DNA of 64,000 bases from Candidatus Undivivens industriae (GTDB lineage: Bacteria; Omnitrophota; Gorgyraeia; Gygaellales; Profunditerraquicolaceae): NCBI GenBank assembly GCA_012514745.1, contig JAAYZR010000002.1, positions 104,962 through 168,961 of the forward strand, in the 5' to 3' direction. Under the pieces are notes generated by a model, which was not told where the DNA came from, searched no databases, and saw nothing but the letters and a program-made list of their open reading frames with translations. Below, piece by piece: positions 58,868 through 64,000 of the stretch (its first letter is position 1; each line of letters begins with the position of its first letter). Both the position numbers and the translations under genes were made by a program.

Positions 58868-61063
58868 ATGAGTATAAGGCAGAAAGTTTTATTTAAGATC
58901 AATAACGTGCCTTTGGAGAAAGCCGGTTCTCTTGAGAAGGTATCTTCTTATTTCGGTGAAAACACTTTCAGCCTGGATGCGATGAAGAAGTATATCTCCG
59001 GAGCCACATTCGAAGCCTTCAAAACCTGGATGAACGAGGGGAAGACCATCAGCAAAGAGCAGGCGGACGAGATTGCCAACGCCATGAAAGATTGGGCCAT
59101 TTCCAAGGGCGCCACATATTATACGCATTGGTTCCAGCCTATGACCGGACTTACCGCGGAGAAGCACGACAGTTTTATTTCTTTTACCGGACCCGGGAAG
59201 GTGAGCGAGACATTCTCCGGAAGCAAACTCATACAGGGAGAGCCGGACGCTTCGAGTTTCCCTTCAGGAGGCATACGCGCCACCTTCGAGGCGCGCGGTT
59301 ACACCGCCTGGGACCCATCCAGCCCGGCCTTTATCATTGAGAGCGCTCTAGGCAAGACCCTTTGCATCCCGACCATATTTATATCTTATCACGGGGAAGC
59401 CCTGGACAAGAAACTCCCGCTTTTGCGCTCCGATGAAGCTTTAAGCAAAGCGGCGGTCGGACTGCTGAAACTGTTCGGGCACAAGGAAACGCAGAAAGTA
59501 CTTTCCACCTGCGGCCCGGAGCAGGAGTATTTTCTGATAGACAAGAATTATTATAATCTCCGGCAGGACCTTATAATGGCCGGCAGGACATTGATCGGGG
59601 CCCCGTCTCCGAAGGGCCAGCAGCTGGAGGATCAGTATTTCGGGACCATCAAGGAACGCGTGGTCAATTTTATGTTTGAGGTGGCGCAGGAGGCGTATAA
59701 ACTTGGGATACCGGTAGTGACGCGCCACAACGAGGTCGCTCCGCATCAATATGAATTCGCCCCCATCTTCGAAGAATCGAACCTCGCCGCCGACCACAAC
59801 CAGCTGCTTATGGAGCTGATGAAAAAGGTGGCGTTGCGGCACGATATGATCTGCCTTCTGCACGAGAAACCCTTTGCCGGGATAAACGGCAGCGGTAAGC
59901 ATCTCAACTGGTCGCTGGCTGACGACAAGGGAAACAACCTGCTTAATCCCGGTCAGACACCCGAGGATAATCTGCAGTTCCTGGCCGTGCTGGCCGCTGT
60001 GTTGAGGGCGGTTTATCTGCATTCCGACTTGCTGCGAGCGTCGGTAGCCATGGCCGGCAACGAGCACAGGCTGGGCGCCAATGAGGCGCCTCCGGCGATC
60101 ATCAGCGTCTTTCTGGGCGAGCAGTTGACCTCCATACTCGATATGATAGAGAAAGGCGTGAAATCAAAAGTCTCCAAAAGCGACATCATCGATCTGGGGA
60201 TCGGACGTTTGCCGAAATTCAACAAGGATAACACGGACAGGAACCGTACGTCGCCTTTTGCCTTTACCGGAGCCAAGTTTGAATTCCGCGCCGTGGGATC
60301 TTCGCAAAACATCTCCACGCCCATCGCGGTCATAAACACCATAATAGCCGAAAGCCTCGATTACGTGTCCGGAAAGATCTCCGCGGCGTCGGGCGGAGGC
60401 AAGGATTTCAATACCGCCGTTCTACAGGTGATCTCGGAGATAGTGAAAGAGACGAAGAGTATCCGTTTCGAGGGCAACAATTACGCCCCGGAGTGGGTCA
60501 AGGAGGCCAAGAAGCGCGGCCTTCCCAACGTGTCCAGCACTTATGAAGCGTTGGAGGCGTTGACTAAAGAGAAGAACATCCGCCTGTTCGAGAAATACGG
60601 CGTCTTCTCGGAAGAAGAACTGGTGGCGCGTTATCATATCTGGATCCATACGTATAATCTGACCCTTGAGATAGAGGCGAACACCCTTAAAGAAATGGTG
60701 AACGCCTCGGTGGTGCCGGCAGGTTATAAGTATGAGAAACTGCTCGCGCGCACGCTGCACGAGTTGGTAAGCCTTGTCAAGACGGCCGCTTTGAAACTTG
60801 ACCCGGCAGCCCTGAAGGACAAGAAAGCCCACCTTGCCGACATCGTCAGCAAAATATACTACGTCAGGCGCAATACCCTGGAGATGGATAAACTACTGGG
60901 GAAAGCGGCCAAAGTCGGCGATGCAGAGCGCGCCGAGCTTTATTTCAGGGAACTCAAACCATTGATGGAGCACATCCGCAGGCATGTGGATGAACTGGAG
61001 TGCGTGGTTTCAGACGACTCCTGGGACCTGCCTAAATACCGGGAGATGCTGTTCATAAAATAA
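58868..61063 (+). CDS. Glutamine synthetase type III
   Basis: HWFQPMTGLTAEKHDSF, GEPDASSFPSGG, HNEVAP, LHEKPF.GINGSGKH, DRNRTSPFAFTG. Confidence 0.96.
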   Translation: MSIRQKVLFKINNVPLEKAGSLEKVSSYFGENTFSLDAMKKYISGATFEAFKTWMNEGKTISKEQADEIANAMKDWAISKGATYYTHWFQPMTGLTAEKHDSFISFTGPGKVSETFSGSKLIQGEPDASSFPSGGIRATFEARGYTAWDPSSPAFIIESALGKTLCIPTIFISYHGEALDKKLPLLRSDEALSKAAVGLLKLFGHKETQKVLSTCGPEQEYFLIDKNYYNLRQDLIMAGRTLIGAPSPKGQQLEDQYFGTIKERVVNFMFEVAQEAYKLGIPVVTRHNEVAPHQYEFAPIFEESNLAADHNQLLMELMKKVALRHDMICLLHEKPFAGINGSGKHLNWSLADDKGNNLLNPGQTPEDNLQFLAVLAAVLRAVYLHSDLLRASVAMAGNEHRLGANEAPPAIISVFLGEQLTSILDMIEKGVKSKVSKSDIIDLGIGRLPKFNKDNTDRNRTSPFAFTGAKFEFRAVGSSQNISTPIAVINTIIAESLDYVSGKISAASGGGKDFNTAVLQVISEIVKETKSIRFEGNNYAPEWVKEAKKRGLPNVSSTYEALEALTKEKNIRLFEKYGVFSEEELVARYHIWIHTYNLTLEIEANTLKEMVNASVVPAGYKYEKLLARTLHELVSLVKTAALKLDPAALKDKKAHLADIVSKIYYVRRNTLEMDKLLGKAAKVGDAERAELYFRELKPLMEHIRRHVDELECVVSDDSWDLPKYREMLFIK

Positions 61064-61193
61064 CTTCCCTTTCAAGACCGCGCTCCGAGCCGTAAAGCGC
61101 GGAGCGCGGTCTCTCCCGGAACCGGACTTGCTCCCCGGATTTTTAAAATACAAATGCCAAACTATTAGGCATTGCAAAACGCCGATGGTCGAA

Positions 61194-61571
61194 ATGATTG
61201 CATTATTTATCTCCGGTAATGAAGAGAACGTGCTTGCTGCGCTCTCCGACGCTTTGGGCCGGACCGGCAATACCGCCGTCAGCGTGGTCAAACGGGAGGT
61301 AATATCCGGAATCCTGCAAAAAGGCGATATGACCGCTCTGGTTTCCCTGGAAGAGAAAATAAGGAAATTATCCAGGCAGGTTTGCATGGAGAACAAGGGC
61401 AGGGCTTACAAGATCTTTCTCGATACGGTGGAGAAACCGTTGTTCGAAGAGGTGCTCATCCGCACCGACGGCAACCAGATGAAAGCGGCGAGGATATTGG
61501 GGATAAACAGGAACACGATGCGTTCAAGGATAAAGCGGCTCGGACTTACTCCCGGAGTCTATAGGCAATGA
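61194..61571 (+). CDS. Fis-like helix-turn-helix protein
   Basis: VEKPLFEEVL...GNQMKAARILGINRNTMR; start uncertain (61185, 61194 or 61329). Confidence 0.8.
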   Translation: MIALFISGNEENVLAALSDALGRTGNTAVSVVKREVISGILQKGDMTALVSLEEKIRKLSRQVCMENKGRAYKIFLDTVEKPLFEEVLIRTDGNQMKAARILGINRNTMRSRIKRLGLTPGVYRQ

Positions 61572-64000
61572 ATAAACTCCGGAGAGCTGAAAAATACGGA
61601 CTTTACGACAGCAGGTTCGAACATGATTCCTGCGGGGTGGGTTTTGTCTGCGATATAAAAGGCCGGCCGGACCATAAAATCATCAGCCGGGGGCTGGAGA
61701 TATTGCGCAGGCTCTCCCACCGCGGAGCCACCGGCGCCGACCCGCTTACCGGCGACGGAGCCGGCGTATTGATTCAGATCCCGGACGGTTTCTTCCGGGC
61801 GGCCTCCGGACTGGAGCTTCCGCCGTCCGGCGATTACGGCTGCGGGATGATCTTTTTCCCCCGTTCGGCGCAGTTGAGGGGAATATGCAGGAAGATCGTG
61901 CGCGAGGAGGCCGTTACTTGCGGCCTGCGCCTGTTGGGCTGGCGCAAGGTCCCTGTGGACCGGGGCTCTATAGGTACCACGGCGTTGAAGACCATGCCGG
62001 AGATCGAACAGGTATTTATAGGTGGCAAAGGAAAGTTTTCGCAAGGGCTTGCTCTTGAGCGCGCCTTGTATATACTGCGCAGAAAAATAGAGAACCGTGT
62101 GTCGGCGGCTATGCCCAAGAAAGACGGGGAGCTGTTTTACATAAACAGTATGTCCTGCAGGACGATCGCATATAAAGGGCTGTTAATGCCGAACCAGTTG
62201 GAGGCGTTTTTTCCCGATCTCACGGATGAGCGTATATCTTCCGCTCTCTGCCTTGTGCACTCGCGCTACAGCACCAATACTTTCCCTTCCTGGGAACTGG
62301 CCCAGCCGTTCAGGTTCCTGGCGCACAACGGCGAAATAAATACTTTGCGCGGCAACATAAACTGGATGACAGCCAGAGAGAGCCTGCTGAAAAACGATTG
62401 CCTCGGCGCCGACCTTAAGAAAATACTGCCGATCATCGTTCCCGGAGGCAGCGATTCAGCTTCGCTGGACAATCTTGTCGAGCTGTTGACGCTCTCTGGG
62501 CGCAGTCTTGAGCACGCCATGACTATGCTTATTCCTCCGGCCTGGGAAGGAGACGCGGCGATGGGCGCTGCCGTCAAGAGTTTCTATAAATTTCATGCCT
62601 GCCTGATGGAACCCTGGGACGGGCCGGCGGCGGCGGCGTTTACCGACGGTTCAAGCATAGGCGCCGTGCTCGACAGGAACGGCCTGCGTCCCGCGCGTTA
62701 TATTATCACGAAAGAAGGGACGGCCATGATGGCCTCGGAAACCGGGGTTCTCGACATTGCCCCGGGTGAGATAATGCGCTCCGGGAGGATAGAACCGGGG
62801 AAGATATTTCTGGTGGATACGGCGAACGGCCGCATTGTGGCGGACCAGGAGATCAAGGAAAAACTGGCGAGAGGCCGGCCTTATTCCGCCTGGCTGAAAG
62901 ATAACCTGCGGGAATTGGAAGAGTTTCCGGCGAAGAGGCCGGCCGGCTCCGATCTTTCAGGAAGAGCATTGTTTCCCGCGCTGAAGGCGTTTGGTTACAG
63001 CAGGGAGGATATGAAGGTGATCCTGGAGCCTATGGCGGTGAACGCCGCCGAACCGGTAGGTTCGATGGGCAACGATACGCCGCACGCCGTTCTTTCCGGT
63101 AGGCCGCAGTTGCTTTTTAATTATTTCAAGCAGCTTTTCGCCCAGGTGACCAATCCGGCCATCGACCCGATAAGAGAAGAATTGGTGATGAGCCTTTGGA
63201 GTTACCTCGGGCCGGGCGGTAACCTGCTCGAGGAGACTCCCGGCCAGTGCCGGAAAATCCTGGTAAAACACCCCGTGCTGACCATGGAAGAATTCGCTCG
63301 TCTGCGCGGCATAAAGACAAAGGGATTCAAAACCAGAGTAATCAGTATGCTGTTTTCCCCCGTGGGCAGGGGAGGAGTGCGCCGGGAATTGAAGCGTATC
63401 TGCCGGGAGGCGGATAAGGCGATCAGGGACCAATATACTTTTCTGCTTTTAAGCGATAGGGGGATGGACGCGGAGCACGCCGCGCTTCCCTCTTTACTTG
63501 CCGTGGGGGCTTTGCATCATCACCTGGTCCGAAAAGCCGGGAGGAGCCGTATAAGCATCATAGTCGAGAGCGGGGAACCCAGAGAAGTGCATCATTTTGC
63601 CCTGCTTTTCGGCTATGGAGCGGATTGCGTGGCGCCATATCTGGCATATGAGGCGGTGAAACATATCGCCCGGATCCAGAAAGAGAGCGGCGTTGATGAA
63701 GCCCAAGCTGTATATAACTACCGTAAAGCGGTGGAGAAAGGGATATTAAAGATACTTTCCAAAATGGGTATCTCGACTCTCCAGAGCTACAGAGGGGCTC
63801 AGATATTCGAAGCTCTGGGGATCGGGAAGGAAGCCATAGACCTTTGTTTCCCCGGCACGGTATCGCGCATAGGCGGCATATCCCTGGAGGTGATAACCAA
63901 GGAAGTCCTACGCAGGCACTCCGGAGCTTTTTGCGGCGATAAGGCCGCCGTATTGGATACCGGCGGCAATTATCAATGGAAAAAGGACGGGGAATTCCAT
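61568..64000 (+). CDS. gltB: Glutamate synthase large subunit (3'-truncated, absent from the ORF track)
   Basis: Manual translation: EHDSCGVGF, HSRYSTNTFPSW, AHNGEINT, EPWDGPA, FAQVTNPAIDP, SKMGIST; runs off the window end. Confidence 0.96.
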   Translation, partial: MNKLRRAEKYGLYDSRFEHDSCGVGFVCDIKGRPDHKIISRGLEILRRLSHRGATGADPLTGDGAGVLIQIPDGFFRAASGLELPPSGDYGCGMIFFPRSAQLRGICRKIVREEAVTCGLRLLGWRKVPVDRGSIGTTALKTMPEIEQVFIGGKGKFSQGLALERALYILRRKIENRVSAAMPKKDGELFYINSMSCRTIAYKGLLMPNQLEAFFPDLTDERISSALCLVHSRYSTNTFPSWELAQPFRFLAHNGEINTLRGNINWMTARESLLKNDCLGADLKKILPIIVPGGSDSASLDNLVELLTLSGRSLEHAMTMLIPPAWEGDAAMGAAVKSFYKFHACLMEPWDGPAAAAFTDGSSIGAVLDRNGLRPARYIITKEGTAMMASETGVLDIAPGEIMRSGRIEPGKIFLVDTANGRIVADQEIKEKLARGRPYSAWLKDNLRELEEFPAKRPAGSDLSGRALFPALKAFGYSREDMKVILEPMAVNAAEPVGSMGNDTPHAVLSGRPQLLFNYFKQLFAQVTNPAIDPIREELVMSLWSYLGPGGNLLEETPGQCRKILVKHPVLTMEEFARLRGIKTKGFKTRVISMLFSPVGRGGVRRELKRICREADKAIRDQYTFLLLSDRGMDAEHAALPSLLAVGALHHHLVRKAGRSRISIIVESGEPREVHHFALLFGYGADCVAPYLAYEAVKHIARIQKESGVDEAQAVYNYRKAVEKGILKILSKMGISTLQSYRGAQIFEALGIGKEAIDLCFPGTVSRIGGISLEVITKEVLRRHSGAFCGDKAAVLDTGGNYQWKKDGEFH

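Noticed and set aside
61075-61112. 13 bp hairpin after GSIII as an intrinsic terminator
   Set aside because: No T tract follows, so it is more likely a stabilising hairpin and was not called.

Overview
A 64 kb, mostly plus-strand chromosomal window from an anaerobic bacterium. The gene set and the stand-alone PilZ and FtsH paralogues suggest Candidatus Omnitrophota, but that is an inference. In order it holds: an oxygen-defence cluster (SufBD, superoxide reductase, FprA, rubredoxin missed by the ORF track, glutaredoxin, TrxB); an Rrf2-cysK-nifU operon with archaeal-type homocysteine synthesis; housekeeping genes and tRNA-Thr; an rnf operon in the order C-G-D-E-A-B; an FtsH-like gene and two PilZ genes; a sugar ABC / clan GH-A glucanase locus with ROK and LacI regulators; nrdJ with tandem NrdR boxes; and a large nitrogen-assimilation region (two NAD synthetases, GSI and GSIII, two PII proteins, AmtB, partial GltB). 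The main discovery candidate is a nitrogen regulatory circuit. A GAF-ANTAR protein sits near three leaders that carry ANTAR-type hairpins overlapping intrinsic terminators. One of these leaders controls an orphan ECF-like sigma factor. A shared bipartite motif, TGTTACCA-N11-TCTTTACTTGTA, precedes the other two leaders. Together these suggest a sigma-plus-antitermination feed-forward loop. A dispersed palindromic repeat family is also present. All calls come from reading the sequence by eye; no database searches were run.
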